Shown here piece after piece: positions 46,243 through 56,430 of a stretch of 64,000 nt of DNA; within the stretch, counting starts at the first letter, position 1; every line of letters starts with the position of its first letter. The notes beneath the pieces were generated by a model. The model was given only the letters and a program-made list of their open reading frames with translations. It made no database searches and was not told where the DNA came from. Made by a program: the position numbers and the translations under genes. The stretch is from positions 30,097-94,096 of the forward strand of contig JANLIT010000003.1 of NCBI GenBank assembly GCA_024653945.1, written 5' to 3'. This DNA is from Candidatus Campbellbacteria bacterium. GTDB taxonomy: Bacteria > Patescibacteriota > Minisyncoccia > Phycocordibacterales > EsbW-18.

Positions 46243-47006
46243 AGACTCCCGAACTTTCTGACGGCGCACATCGCCGTTTTTTTATTAAAAAGACATCCAT
46301 ATCGACCCGCGAAGTGCCGGAAAGTGCTACGGATATTTTCACTGACATATCACACGCACTTCAGACACCACTCGCCTGTCTCGTGGGAGAATTAGAATTA
46401 TTGGAACGAAAGACACCACAATCACACAAAGGACATGTGCAGAGATGCGAGAAAATAATTCATAACATGTCTGCACTCATTCATAACGCACTCTACATAT
46501 CACGTCTTGAACAAACTGAATTTACAAAATTTATGAAGGATGTAAGTCTCAGTGAGCTCCTCCATGAAATTGTAGAATACATAGAAACCCTTGTCGGCGA
46601 ACGACATATTTTTCTTCATGCGGATATCCAAGAAGATATTTGGGTACGAGGAATAAAAGAAAAAGTTGAAGAGCTTATTATGGCCGTGCTCAGTAACAGT
46701 ATTAAATATAGTAAGCCACGTGGAAAACGAACACTTTTTATTACCCTTCACGGAAATAGCGCAAACACCATTATACATGTGAAAGATAATGGTATTGGTA
46801 TTGCTGATGAGGACTTGCCCCATATCTTTAATAGATTTTATCGTACCCCACATGCAAGCGCACAATCAGAACGTGGGACAGGACTTGGGCTTGCTATCGC
46901 ACAAAAAATTGCAGAAAAACACAAAGCATCAATCACTGTTGAAAGTACGCTTGGTAAAGGCACCCATGTACAAATCTTATTTCCAACACACGAAAGAGTC
47001 CTCTAG
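46233..47006 (+). CDS. Sensor histidine kinase (cytoplasmic, no TM/sensor domain)
   Basis: H-box ISHALQTPLACLVGELELLE, plus N/G1/G2 boxes (HVKDNGIGI, GTGLGLAI). Overlaps the RR stop. Confidence 0.8.
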   Translation: MYMKTPELSDGAHRRFFIKKTSISTREVPESATDIFTDISHALQTPLACLVGELELLERKTPQSHKGHVQRCEKIIHNMSALIHNALYISRLEQTEFTKFMKDVSLSELLHEIVEYIETLVGERHIFLHADIQEDIWVRGIKEKVEELIMAVLSNSIKYSKPRGKRTLFITLHGNSANTIIHVKDNGIGIADEDLPHIFNRFYRTPHASAQSERGTGLGLAIAQKIAEKHKASITVESTLGKGTHVQILFPTHERVL

Positions 47007-47719
47007 TGTGCTCCTTTTTGTTGCTTATCGGAAACAATCATTCCGTCTTGAATTTCAATAAGCCGGTCAGCGTAGGCTGCGTATTCTGGCTCATGCGTCA
47101 CCATAACGATTGTTTGTCCATTTTTATTGTGCAATTCGTTTATAACACGCATTACTTCCTCACCTGACACACTGTCAAGATTGGCAGTTGGTTCATCAGC
47201 AAAAAGAATATCCGGTGTGTGGGCAATGGCACGCGCAATAGACACGCGTTGTTGTTCACCACCAGAGAGTTGACTAGGAAGGTTGTCATGGCGATGTCCA
47301 AGACCAACCGCATCAAGTGCAGTCATCGCTTGCTCGAGGGCGGCTCGTTTTTCCGTGCCAAGCATGAGAATAGGAAGCACAACATTTTCTACCGCGGACA
47401 ATTCTGGAATAAGAGCGTAATCCTGAAAAATATAACCAAGTCGATTTAATCGAAAATCCGTGCGCTCTGTTTCGGTAAAATTCTCCGTGTTAATACCATC
47501 CAAAATAATTTGTCCGCTTGTTGGCATATCAAGAATACTCATTTGATACAGAAGCGTTGACTTGCCAGCACCCGACTTTCCTTGAATAGCAACGAATTCT
47601 CCTTTGGTGATGTGCAGGTTAATACCGCGGAGCACTTTCGTGACCACTTCCCCACTTCCGAAATTTTTTATGAGATTGGTAACTTGAATCATATATTTAT
47701 CTACCAAGAATTGAATCAA
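47003..47719 (-). CDS. ABC transporter ATP-binding protein (MacB/LolD/FtsE-like)
   Basis: Walker A GKSGAGKSTLL, signature LSGGEQQRVSIARA, Walker B ILFADEPT. Confidence 0.85.
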   Translation of the reverse strand: MIQFLVDKYMIQVTNLIKNFGSGEVVTKVLRGINLHITKGEFVAIQGKSGAGKSTLLYQMSILDMPTSGQIILDGINTENFTETERTDFRLNRLGYIFQDYALIPELSAVENVVLPILMLGTEKRAALEQAMTALDAVGLGHRHDNLPSQLSGGEQQRVSIARAIAHTPDILFADEPTANLDSVSGEEVMRVINELHNKNGQTIVMVTHEPEYAAYADRLIEIQDGMIVSDKQQKGAH

Positions 47720-48959
47720 GTGTGTTTTTCTTAATAATCATCCATGCAGGAATATATCCAGCAATGAGTGTTGAGATTACAAGAACAGCCAGTTTTATCA
47801 TCGTACTTGAGAGTGGCGCAACCAAAATACCGTCGGAAAACGGGAAGTTAATTGGATTTGCATTAAAAAATGGGACGAGAAAACCATAAATAATGATAAG
47901 GGCGAGACCTGAGCCAACAACCGCATACATGAGTGACTGAATCACGTATGAAAACTCAATAGCCCCTGCACGAATACCAATTCCCTTCATAATACCGATG
48001 TACTTACGTCGTGTAATTGCGTTCACAAAGATAACAATAAAAATAGTGACCGAAGAAACAAGTAGGCCAACAGAACTAATACCGTTACCCAACAAATCAA
48101 ATGTTTTAATCATATCGAGCAAGAACGTCGGTAAACCCTCACGTGAAAGGCGCACAAGTGCATTTGTTCCAATACCACTATCTAGAAGTGCTTGTTTTAC
48201 TTTTGGTGCATCTGCAGGTGTCGTGGCCCTGATAGAAACTTCGTTCACGTTAAGATTTGTTCGTCCAGTAAACCGTACAAATTCTTTCTCAGGCAAAAAG
48301 GCACGGCGAGAAATTTCATCTACCTTTGTTTTGAGTATTCCCTTTACAATATATTCCTTAGTAGCACCATTTACTGTTACGCGGACACGTGAACCTATGT
48401 GCACATCTTTAACTGTCGGAAAACCCGCATCATCACCCTGCGCTCCCAACGGAGAGTACTGCTCCAAAAGCATTGAACCTAGCACAATATAATTTGTGTC
48501 GTCTGGCAAAATATACTCACCTTCAATAAGGTATTTTGAAATATGTGTGAGTGCTTCTTCAGACGTAGGATTAATACCCGCCAGATTTGTTCCAACAGTA
48601 TCTCGCAACTGTTGTGGGTCACGCCGTATACGATAATTCGCCTCAATGGTGGAACCTTCTGTGTATCGGGCAGAGTAACTAGCAACACCCGGAATCGTAT
48701 CCAGTGTTGCAAGCATGTCATTACTTTTTTCTATATATTTTTTTCCAGCAAGTGTTGAAACAAAAACGTCCCCAGTAAACTGGTCGCTGTATGCTTTCAC
48801 AGATCCCTCAATAAGCCCGACAAGAATTCCTGAGACGGCAACGAGATTCAGGAACGTAAGCATCATGATGAAAATAATGAGCCCAGTCGTCCATTTACTT
48901 GCATGGCGTATTTGCCGTACACCAAGGAGAAATCCTATCTGTATCGTTTCTTTCCACAT
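47697..48959 (-). CDS. ABC transporter permease, FtsX/MacB-type with large extracytoplasmic domain
   Basis: N-terminal TM, then about 230-aa periplasmic domain, then 3 C-terminal TMs. Confidence 0.75.
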   Translation of the reverse strand: MWKETIQIGFLLGVRQIRHASKWTTGLIIFIMMLTFLNLVAVSGILVGLIEGSVKAYSDQFTGDVFVSTLAGKKYIEKSNDMLATLDTIPGVASYSARYTEGSTIEANYRIRRDPQQLRDTVGTNLAGINPTSEEALTHISKYLIEGEYILPDDTNYIVLGSMLLEQYSPLGAQGDDAGFPTVKDVHIGSRVRVTVNGATKEYIVKGILKTKVDEISRRAFLPEKEFVRFTGRTNLNVNEVSIRATTPADAPKVKQALLDSGIGTNALVRLSREGLPTFLLDMIKTFDLLGNGISSVGLLVSSVTIFIVIFVNAITRRKYIGIMKGIGIRAGAIEFSYVIQSLMYAVVGSGLALIIIYGFLVPFFNANPINFPFSDGILVAPLSSTMIKLAVLVISTLIAGYIPAWMIIKKNTLDSILGR

Positions 48960-48969
48960 ATCAGAATAC

Positions 48970-50421
48970 TTATGAAGAGATGTGCACCCTGTCTCCCTCG
49001 GAAAGTCCGCTTAGTACCTCAAAAAACCCATCTGAGCCACGCAATCCGAGTGTTACATCTACCTCTTGTGTTTCACCATTTCCGCCTATCTCTGCAGAAA
49101 CATACGGGGCACCATCTGTGCGATAGAGAATAGCCCTAGCAGGAACCGCGAGTACACCCTTTTGTTCATCAGTTGTAATGGTAACTTCTGCTGTCATTCC
49201 AGATGCAATGCGTTCATCTTGAACATCAAACGCAATGCGCGCCTCATACACCGACACGCTATCAACAATAGTTTCTGTCCTGTTTACCGAAACGACGGTT
49301 GCTGAAAAAATAGTGTCAGTGCCAAAAGCATCAAGTATCACGGACGTCTTGTCACCAATCTTCACTTTTATACTATCAATTTCTGGAAGATCAATTTCAA
49401 CCCCAAAACCTCCTTGAGAAATGAGCGAAACGGCTGGTACGCCAACGGCAGCTGATTCGCCTGGATCAATGTGCACCGCCGTAACAATACCGTTGAAGGG
49501 CGCTACAAGTGTTCTCTCTCTAATCTGTGACCCAACACGTGTTACCTCTGCCTGTGCTTGGACCACTTCTGCTTCTGCAATAGATGAACCTGCGTTTTGT
49601 GCACGTAATTCTGCCTCCGCATCTTCTATTGCACGCTGGCGTTCATTGAGAGCTGTTTGGTACGCATTGTAATTTGTTGTGTATGAAACTCCTTTTTCGT
49701 TTGGAAGTGTCACAAACCATGTTGTGTTTCTATATGTAGAAATAGCATCTGGAAACGAAATAAAAAGTCCACGCGTACCAAGTGGGGTTGGCCCCGTTCT
49801 ATTTATTTCAACTTCTTCCGTACTTTCTAAATCAAAAACGCGAAGTGTTTCTCTTGATTGTTGTACTCCCGACTCTATTCGTATTTTATATGTACCAGGC
49901 TCACCAACATATCGTCCTGTAATTGTAGGGATTGTCTGGGTAAATGTTGAACTCTGTGGTTCTGCTTCCACATCATCTGATAACATCTCACTCAAGGCAT
50001 TTGCAACAAGAGTATCTTGTTTTTTCTTTACCGTATCTAAACTAACAGTGGTATTCGCAACCTGAGCTTTTTTAATAAGAAGACTTGCTTGGGCGGACTG
50101 AAGTTCTGCCTGAAGAGTTCCTAGACCAAGACGGGCCAGAGTGGCTCCCTGAAATACCACATCATTTACAGATACAAATACATCCCGAACAACACCGGAT
50201 GCTTCAAATCCAAGATCGGATACAATATCTGCCTCTACTGTTCCTGAAAGTACCACCCTCTCAACCACATCTCGTTTTTCAATAGTAATAACCTCATCGG
50301 AACCATTGCCATTTTTTGCTACCCCAAACCAAATAGCAATAATACACACGAGTGCTAGTGGCACTCCGTAGAGAACTTTTTTGTTCTTAAATAATGACTG
50401 CATAGACATCCAGTATAGCAC
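48970..50421 (-). CDS. Periplasmic adaptor (membrane fusion protein, HlyD/MacA-like)
   Basis: N-terminal TM anchor, long coiled coil, beta-barrel/lipoyl-like segments. Sits in a MacAB-like gene order. Confidence 0.7.
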   Translation of the reverse strand: MLYWMSMQSLFKNKKVLYGVPLALVCIIAIWFGVAKNGNGSDEVITIEKRDVVERVVLSGTVEADIVSDLGFEASGVVRDVFVSVNDVVFQGATLARLGLGTLQAELQSAQASLLIKKAQVANTTVSLDTVKKKQDTLVANALSEMLSDDVEAEPQSSTFTQTIPTITGRYVGEPGTYKIRIESGVQQSRETLRVFDLESTEEVEINRTGPTPLGTRGLFISFPDAISTYRNTTWFVTLPNEKGVSYTTNYNAYQTALNERQRAIEDAEAELRAQNAGSSIAEAEVVQAQAEVTRVGSQIRERTLVAPFNGIVTAVHIDPGESAAVGVPAVSLISQGGFGVEIDLPEIDSIKVKIGDKTSVILDAFGTDTIFSATVVSVNRTETIVDSVSVYEARIAFDVQDERIASGMTAEVTITTDEQKGVLAVPARAILYRTDGAPYVSAEIGGNGETQEVDVTLGLRGSDGFFEVLSGLSEGDRVHISS

Positions 50422-50482
50422 AAATACGTGATATCTAGACGTATTTTAGAACATAAACTCCTTCATCCAGTGTCGTACATTA

Positions 50483-51109
50483 CTATGTACTAAACATTTT
50501 TGGAAATACTTTTGTAAGTAGTGTTGTACTGTGACCAGAGAGATTAAAGAGAATGACAAACATAAAAAGAAACAGTGAGACATGTACGTTAAGGAAGCTC
50601 ACCAAAATTGCAATGCACGACATGTACACTGGAACGAGAATACGCAATGTGCTGTGTTGAAGTTGCACAGGATCCATTTCCATATTGCGTATTGTTGGAG
50701 ATGAAATAATATACTGCCGCATCCAATACAACAACAAACCAATACAAATAATATTTAAACCATAGAGGGTGATGGCCGCCTGTGTAAAGAAATATTTTCC
50801 TAAAAGAAGCGTTGAAAATGGAACGAGCCCAACCAGTAGAAAGAAGAATGCATTAATAGTTGTCAGTTTTGCATCAATATTTTGTGCAAGAACCGAGGCA
50901 ATAGAGTGGTGACCGCGCCAATAGGTAAAGAGGAGGAGAAAACTGAGTGAATAACTGAGGATATGTGGTGTAAGAGAGACAACCGCATACCACACAGAGG
51001 CATTGCCCACTTCCCCAACAAGTGCTGGAACACGAATCTCGAGTGCTAGAAGCGTCATAACAATTGCAAAAATTCCGTCAGCAAGATTATCAAAGCGTGT
51101 TTGTTTCAT
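50483..51109 (-). CDS. TMEM175/DUF1211 family membrane protein (putative K+ channel); ATG abuts repeat copy D
   Basis: RFDNLADGIFAIVMTLLALE matches the RxxxFSDGVFAIxxTLLVLE signature. 6 TM helices. Confidence 0.65.
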   Translation of the reverse strand: MKQTRFDNLADGIFAIVMTLLALEIRVPALVGEVGNASVWYAVVSLTPHILSYSLSFLLLFTYWRGHHSIASVLAQNIDAKLTTINAFFFLLVGLVPFSTLLLGKYFFTQAAITLYGLNIICIGLLLYWMRQYIISSPTIRNMEMDPVQLQHSTLRILVPVYMSCIAILVSFLNVHVSLFLFMFVILFNLSGHSTTLLTKVFPKMFST

Positions 51110-51175
51110 ACGATTTCACAAAATCGCACCGCGCAATTGAAACATGACACAAGAGCGCGGTGGTATTTGTATTAC
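51110..51175 (-). repeat. Start-codon-abutting repeat element, copy D (short form; hairpin 1 is CACCGCGC/GCGCGGTG, a compensatory variant)
   Basis: The reverse complement reads ccaccgcgctcttgtgtcatgtttcaattgcgcggtgcgattttgtgaaatcgtATG. Confidence 0.75.
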
Positions 51176-51331
51176 ATACATACAGTATACCCTGCGGTAT
51201 GAATAGTTTCTATGTCTCCTATCCACTTTTCATACAATAGATGCCCAACAATGGCAACCGAGACAAAATCACGCTTGGAGGTGGTGGCCCCGAAGCGCGA
51301 TTTTGTCGTGCGTACATTTTTTGATTTCAAA

Positions 51332-51805
51332 CTACTTAATTGCGAGAAGTTCAACATCAAAAAGAAGTGTTGCATTTGGTGGAATCACACCACCCGCACC
51401 TTGTGCTCCGTAGCCCAATTCTGGCGCAATAGTAAGCTTCCTTTTTTCTCCAATTTTCATTCCAGCAACTCCCGCATCCCAACCAGCAATAACCTGCCCT
51501 ACACCAAGTTGGAATTCAAACGGAACCCCTCGATCAACACTTGAATCAAATTTTGTTCCATCTGTAAGTGTTCCTGTGTAATGTACTGAAACAGCGTCTC
51601 CTGCCTTTGCCTCTTGTCCGCTTCCTTCCTGCAAAACTTCAACGGTAAGTCCTGGTACTGGTGTCATGGTTCGTATGATGCCCTCCTGTTGTGTTGTTGG
51701 CGTTTCTCCTTGAATAACAGGAGCCTGTGCCTTCTTACCCCACATCACGAGTGCAATAAGTGCTACTACAATAATAATTCCGACAACGATATTTTTTGTG
51801 TGCAT
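51332..51805 (-). CDS. FKBP-type peptidyl-prolyl cis-trans isomerase (secreted)
   Basis: N-terminal TM/signal, GDAVSVHYTGTLTDGTKFDSS...FQLGVGQVIAGWD...LLFDVELL. Confidence 0.85.
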   Translation of the reverse strand: MHTKNIVVGIIIVVALIALVMWGKKAQAPVIQGETPTTQQEGIIRTMTPVPGLTVEVLQEGSGQEAKAGDAVSVHYTGTLTDGTKFDSSVDRGVPFEFQLGVGQVIAGWDAGVAGMKIGEKRKLTIAPELGYGAQGAGGVIPPNATLLFDVELLAIK

Positions 51806-51807
51806 AG

Positions 51808-52962
51808 TTATGGTGTTAATTCTTTTTCAATAGCTCGTAGTCTATCATACTTTACTTTTCTTTCAGGCTGGACAGGGGCACCTATCTTTATTCCATCTGC
51901 ACCCACCCCGTACGCAAAATCAGCTATAAACGTATCGTCCGTCTCACCCGAACGATGTGACGCAACAACTGTCCACCCGTACCCACGCGCCGTGCGCACG
52001 GCTTCAAGTGCCTCACTCACTGTGCCAATTTGATTTGGTTTTATAATCACCCCTGTAATACTCCTCTCCGCATGTGCCCTTGCAATACGAGTGATATTTG
52101 TTGTGGTGAGGTCATCTCCAACAACCACTACATTTGGAAGCATTTCCTGTAATGTTGAAAATAAAGAAAAAGATTCTTCACCGTACGGATCTTCCAAGAA
52201 TCGTAGTGGAAACGTATTAGACATTTCAACAAACAACGTGGTTCGCTCCTCATCTGTGTATATACTATCTGTTGCGGCAGCATCAAGTGCAAAAAAAACA
52301 TTGTCTCCACTGTGTTTTTGCAACAACAAGAAAGGCTCTAGTGGATTCTGTGTTTGTAGTGCATACCCCCCCTCGTCCCCTCGTGGTGTTTCGGGATATA
52401 AAGTTTGAATTTCTTTTCCAACCTCCTTTAAAATATGCTCCGCCGATGAAAGACACGCATCCACTGAATCCTCTTGTGGAACGACAATATATTCTTGAAA
52501 CAGTTTTGTGTTTCCTGTATGCGCCCCACCATTTATGACATTCACAAATGGACGCGGGAACAAACTTGGAAACGTATCTATATGCGAACTATCACGAAGA
52601 TATCTCCACAGAGGAATTCCGATTTCTTGTGCATGTGCTCGTGCAACAGCAATTGAAACAACCAATGTCGTGTTTCCACCTATTTCTTTTTTTTGTTCAC
52701 CACCAAGCTCACACAAAATAGTGTCAATTTCTTTTTGATTACCGCTATCAAGTCCAATCAGTCGTGGAAAAATTTGAGTTTTAATGACACTCACAGCAAT
52801 TTCTGCAGGCACAGATACCGCTTCATGTGACCCCACACTTTTTCCCCTCGGCACCGAGGCACTGGCCGTACTACCACTTGCAAGTGTCACTGTGCACAAA
52901 ACCGTTTCTTCTCCTCGAGAATCTTTGACTGTAGTACCAACAATAGTGGAAATACGACTCAT
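51808..52962 (-). CDS. eno: Enolase (phosphopyruvate hydratase), compact
   Basis: SHRSGETDDTFIADFAYG, IKPNQIGT, and active-site E/D/K pattern. 384 aa. Confidence 0.85.
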   Translation of the reverse strand: MSRISTIVGTTVKDSRGEETVLCTVTLASGSTASASVPRGKSVGSHEAVSVPAEIAVSVIKTQIFPRLIGLDSGNQKEIDTILCELGGEQKKEIGGNTTLVVSIAVARAHAQEIGIPLWRYLRDSSHIDTFPSLFPRPFVNVINGGAHTGNTKLFQEYIVVPQEDSVDACLSSAEHILKEVGKEIQTLYPETPRGDEGGYALQTQNPLEPFLLLQKHSGDNVFFALDAAATDSIYTDEERTTLFVEMSNTFPLRFLEDPYGEESFSLFSTLQEMLPNVVVVGDDLTTTNITRIARAHAERSITGVIIKPNQIGTVSEALEAVRTARGYGWTVVASHRSGETDDTFIADFAYGVGADGIKIGAPVQPERKVKYDRLRAIEKELTP

Positions 52963-53981
52963 ACACCGGTAACAATATTTTGTGGCGCACCCTTCACAAA
53001 CGCATCAATATTATCAATCGTTGTCTCTAAAATGCGCCCAACGGCTTCTTTTGTATTAAAGGCAATATGTGGAGTGATGATGACATTCGGCATATCAATA
53101 AGCACATGATTTGCGAGCACTGTTCGCAAATCATGTCCCTCACCTTTTCCCGAAAGGATAAATTGCATTTCATCTTGAATAATTCCCTCTTCTTCCAACA
53201 CATCAAGACCTGCAGCACTAATCTGACCATCGGTGAGAGCCTTGACGAGTGCTTCAGTATCCACAACGGCCCCACGACTTGTGTTGATGAGCACAACTCC
53301 ACGCTTCATTTTTGCGATTGATTCTGTATTAATAAGATGGTGTGTATCTGGAGTATGTGCAACATGAAGCGTTATCACATCACTTTTTGACAACAGTTCA
53401 TCAAGAGAAACATATGAGAAACCGAGTTGTGTGGCCAATTCTGGTTTAGGAAAGAGGTCGTACGCAAGAACATTCATACCAAATCCCTTCGCAATGGCAA
53501 TACTATGACACCCGATACGGCCTGCCCCAACCACACCAATTGTCTTTCCTTTGAGATCAAATCCCTGTAATGCTTCAAATTCAAAATCACCTTTTTCACG
53601 AATCTGTTCAAATCCTGCAAAAATCTTTTTTGATAGTGCGAGGAGAAGTCCAAAAGCATGTTCAGCAACTGTGTTTTCCCCATATGACGGAACATTTGAA
53701 ACAATAATGCCCCTCTTTGTGGTGGCGGCAATAGTAATGTGGTCATACCCCGTTGATCGTGTTGCTATATATTTTAATTGCGGCAATTTTTGCAATTCTT
53801 CTTCAGAAACAGGAGAGGCACTGAACACGGAAATAATCGGTGCATCAAGAGCAAGGGGGAGCGTTTCTTCAGAAAGAATTTCTGGTACATAGACCGCCTC
53901 TATGGACATTCCACGTTCACTCATTCGCCGTACAAGATATGTCTCGTGTTCTTTTGAACATCCAAAAAATACTGCTTTCAT
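52959..53981 (-). CDS. D-isomer-specific 2-hydroxyacid dehydrogenase (D-lactate/phosphoglycerate dehydrogenase family)
   Basis: NAD-binding GVVGAGRIGCHSIAIAKGFGMNVLAYD, catalytic R/E/H in the C-terminal half. Confidence 0.8.
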   Translation of the reverse strand: MKAVFFGCSKEHETYLVRRMSERGMSIEAVYVPEILSEETLPLALDAPIISVFSASPVSEEELQKLPQLKYIATRSTGYDHITIAATTKRGIIVSNVPSYGENTVAEHAFGLLLALSKKIFAGFEQIREKGDFEFEALQGFDLKGKTIGVVGAGRIGCHSIAIAKGFGMNVLAYDLFPKPELATQLGFSYVSLDELLSKSDVITLHVAHTPDTHHLINTESIAKMKRGVVLINTSRGAVVDTEALVKALTDGQISAAGLDVLEEEGIIQDEMQFILSGKGEGHDLRTVLANHVLIDMPNVIITPHIAFNTKEAVGRILETTIDNIDAFVKGAPQNIVTGV

Positions 53982-53987
53982 AATATG

Positions 53988-56423
53988 TTAGTTTCTAGAG
54001 AGCGACTGCTCTGTTTTATAAATAGCATCTATAGTTTTAATCACCACATCAGAATTCAGCGACATACTTTGAATTCCTTCTTGAACAAGAAAACGCGCAA
54101 ATTCTGGAATGTCAGATGGTCCTTGTCCACAAATGCCAATGTACTTTCCACGCCTCTTACAGGCAGAAATGGCTTTTGAAATAAGGTCTTTTACCGCATC
54201 GTTGTTTTCATTGCCAATATACGATAGTGTTCCTGCATCACGATCAAGCCCAAGGGTTAATTGTGTTAAATCATTTGAACCAATAGACATACCATCAAAC
54301 ATGTCTAGAAATTTTTCTGCCAAGAGCACGTTCGAAGGAATTTCACACATCATGTATACCGGAACCGCTTTTTCTGAACGTCGGTGTCCTTGTAGTTGTG
54401 CATACTCAGACACAAGTCCCTCATGTGCCATAAGCATCAGTGTCTGCTCACCCTCTTTGAGAGTTCGACAAAATGGAACCATGGGGATGACGTTATCAAA
54501 CCCCATATCATCACGCACACGTTTGATTGACTTGCACTCTAGTGCAAACGCCGGAGCAAACCGTGCATCTGAATACCGAGAGGCACCACGCCACCCAATC
54601 ATTGGGTTCTCTTCTTGTGGTTCATATGCATCTCCACCAAGAAGTGTTCGATACTCATTTGTTTTAAAATCAGAAAATCGCACAATAACTGGTCGCGGAT
54701 AAAACGCGGCAGCAATTGTCGCAATACCATACGAAAGGCGGTCAACATAAAACGCCACTTTATCATCCCACCCTCTCGTCTTTGCATCAATTTGTTTTTT
54801 AAGTGTGCTTGAAAGTTTTTTGTACTCCAAGAGAGCCATGGGATGCACGCCCACAGAAGCAATAATAAACTCCTCACGCGCAAGCCCCACACCGGAGACT
54901 GGTAAAAACGACGCTTCAAATGCGTGGTCTGGAGAGGCGATGTTTACCATGACACTTGTTTTTGGTTTCGGTAGGTGCGCGATATTATGCTGCAGTGTGG
55001 AAAACTGCAAAATTCCCTTAAAGACGACACCCGTCGTTCCTGTGGTATCTACGGTGATGTCCATTCCTGTTTTTATTTTTCGTGTTGCGTTTCCTGAACC
55101 AACAATCGCGGGAATACCTAATTCACGTGAGACAATTGCAGCGTGTGATGTGCGTCCGCCTTTATCAGTTACAATTGCCGATGCAATTTTCATAATTGGT
55201 TCCCAGTCGGGATCCGTCATATCTGTCACCAACACCTCTCCTTTTTTAAATGTATGTGCTTGTTTTGGCGAAAGAATAACGCGTGCCTTTCCTGTAGCAA
55301 TTTTACTTCCCACCGACATTCCTTCACACAATACGGGGGCATTTCCATGTCGTGTGTATTCAACAATAACCGCCCTGTCGCGTAGCGCCTGTACTGTTTC
55401 TGGTCGTGCTTGCACAATGTATAACTTGCCATCACGTCCATCTTTTGCCCATTCAATATCCATCGGTGTCCAAACACCCGCACGCGCTGTATAATGTTTT
55501 TCAATTTCAATTCCCCACTGCGCAAGTGTGCGAATCTCCATTTCAGAAAGAACCCACGAATCTCGTTCATTTTCTTTGGTTGCTACAACTTTTGTTTGCT
55601 TGATACTCTTACCGCCACCTGTTCCGTACAACATTTTTGAAAGCTTTGAACCGAGCACTTTGTTGATGATGGGCAATTTTCCTTTTGCTCGTGCTTCTTT
55701 GTACACAAGATATTCATCAGGAGTTACTTTTCCTTGTACCACCATTTCTCCAAGGCCCCACGATGCGTTAATAACCACAGTATTCTTAAAACCTGTTTCC
55801 GTATCAATGGTAAACATAACCCCTGACGCACCAACATCAGAGCGAACCATTTTTTGAACCCCTACCGAGAGCGCAATGGTTGATTGTTCAAACCCTTTAT
55901 CTACTCGATATGAAATAGCACGGTCGGTAAACAAAGATGCTATTGCTGCTTGTACCGCAAGCACCGTACGTTCAATACCAATAATACCGAGATACGTGTC
56001 GTGTTCTCCAGCAAATGACGCACCTGGAAGATCTTCAGCGGTCGCACTTGAACGCACGGCAACACTTACTCCTTTGCCATATTTCTTTTCCATTTCTGTA
56101 TAGGCAAACGCGATTTCACTTCGCAATTCCTTTGGCATCTTCGCTTTAACAATCGCCTTACGAATTTTTTCTCCACGCTTTGCTAAATCTTTTATATTAT
56201 GCGTATCAAGTCCTTTAAGGGTTGTAGCAACAAAGGTGTCCATACCTGTTTCTTTCATAAAAAATCGATATGCATCCGCAGTTGTTACAAAACCTGATGG
56301 CACCATAATACCCTTACCACCTAATTCCTTAATCATTTCTCCAAGAGATGCATTTTTTCCACCAACGCGCGAAACGTCTGCAAGAGTAACACCGTCGAGA
56401 GGAAGAATGTATCGTGAGTTCAT
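53988..56423 (-). CDS. ppsA: Phosphoenolpyruvate synthase (pyruvate, water dikinase)
   Basis: N-terminal ATP-grasp LADVSRVGGKNASLGEM, central phosphohistidine domain GGRTSHAAIVSRELGIPAIVG, C-terminal PEP-utilising TIM barrel. 811 aa. Confidence 0.9.
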   Translation of the reverse strand: MNSRYILPLDGVTLADVSRVGGKNASLGEMIKELGGKGIMVPSGFVTTADAYRFFMKETGMDTFVATTLKGLDTHNIKDLAKRGEKIRKAIVKAKMPKELRSEIAFAYTEMEKKYGKGVSVAVRSSATAEDLPGASFAGEHDTYLGIIGIERTVLAVQAAIASLFTDRAISYRVDKGFEQSTIALSVGVQKMVRSDVGASGVMFTIDTETGFKNTVVINASWGLGEMVVQGKVTPDEYLVYKEARAKGKLPIINKVLGSKLSKMLYGTGGGKSIKQTKVVATKENERDSWVLSEMEIRTLAQWGIEIEKHYTARAGVWTPMDIEWAKDGRDGKLYIVQARPETVQALRDRAVIVEYTRHGNAPVLCEGMSVGSKIATGKARVILSPKQAHTFKKGEVLVTDMTDPDWEPIMKIASAIVTDKGGRTSHAAIVSRELGIPAIVGSGNATRKIKTGMDITVDTTGTTGVVFKGILQFSTLQHNIAHLPKPKTSVMVNIASPDHAFEASFLPVSGVGLAREEFIIASVGVHPMALLEYKKLSSTLKKQIDAKTRGWDDKVAFYVDRLSYGIATIAAAFYPRPVIVRFSDFKTNEYRTLLGGDAYEPQEENPMIGWRGASRYSDARFAPAFALECKSIKRVRDDMGFDNVIPMVPFCRTLKEGEQTLMLMAHEGLVSEYAQLQGHRRSEKAVPVYMMCEIPSNVLLAEKFLDMFDGMSIGSNDLTQLTLGLDRDAGTLSYIGNENNDAVKDLISKAISACKRRGKYIGICGQGPSDIPEFARFLVQEGIQSMSLNSDVVIKTIDAIYKTEQSLSRN

Positions 56424-56430
56424 GAGAATA

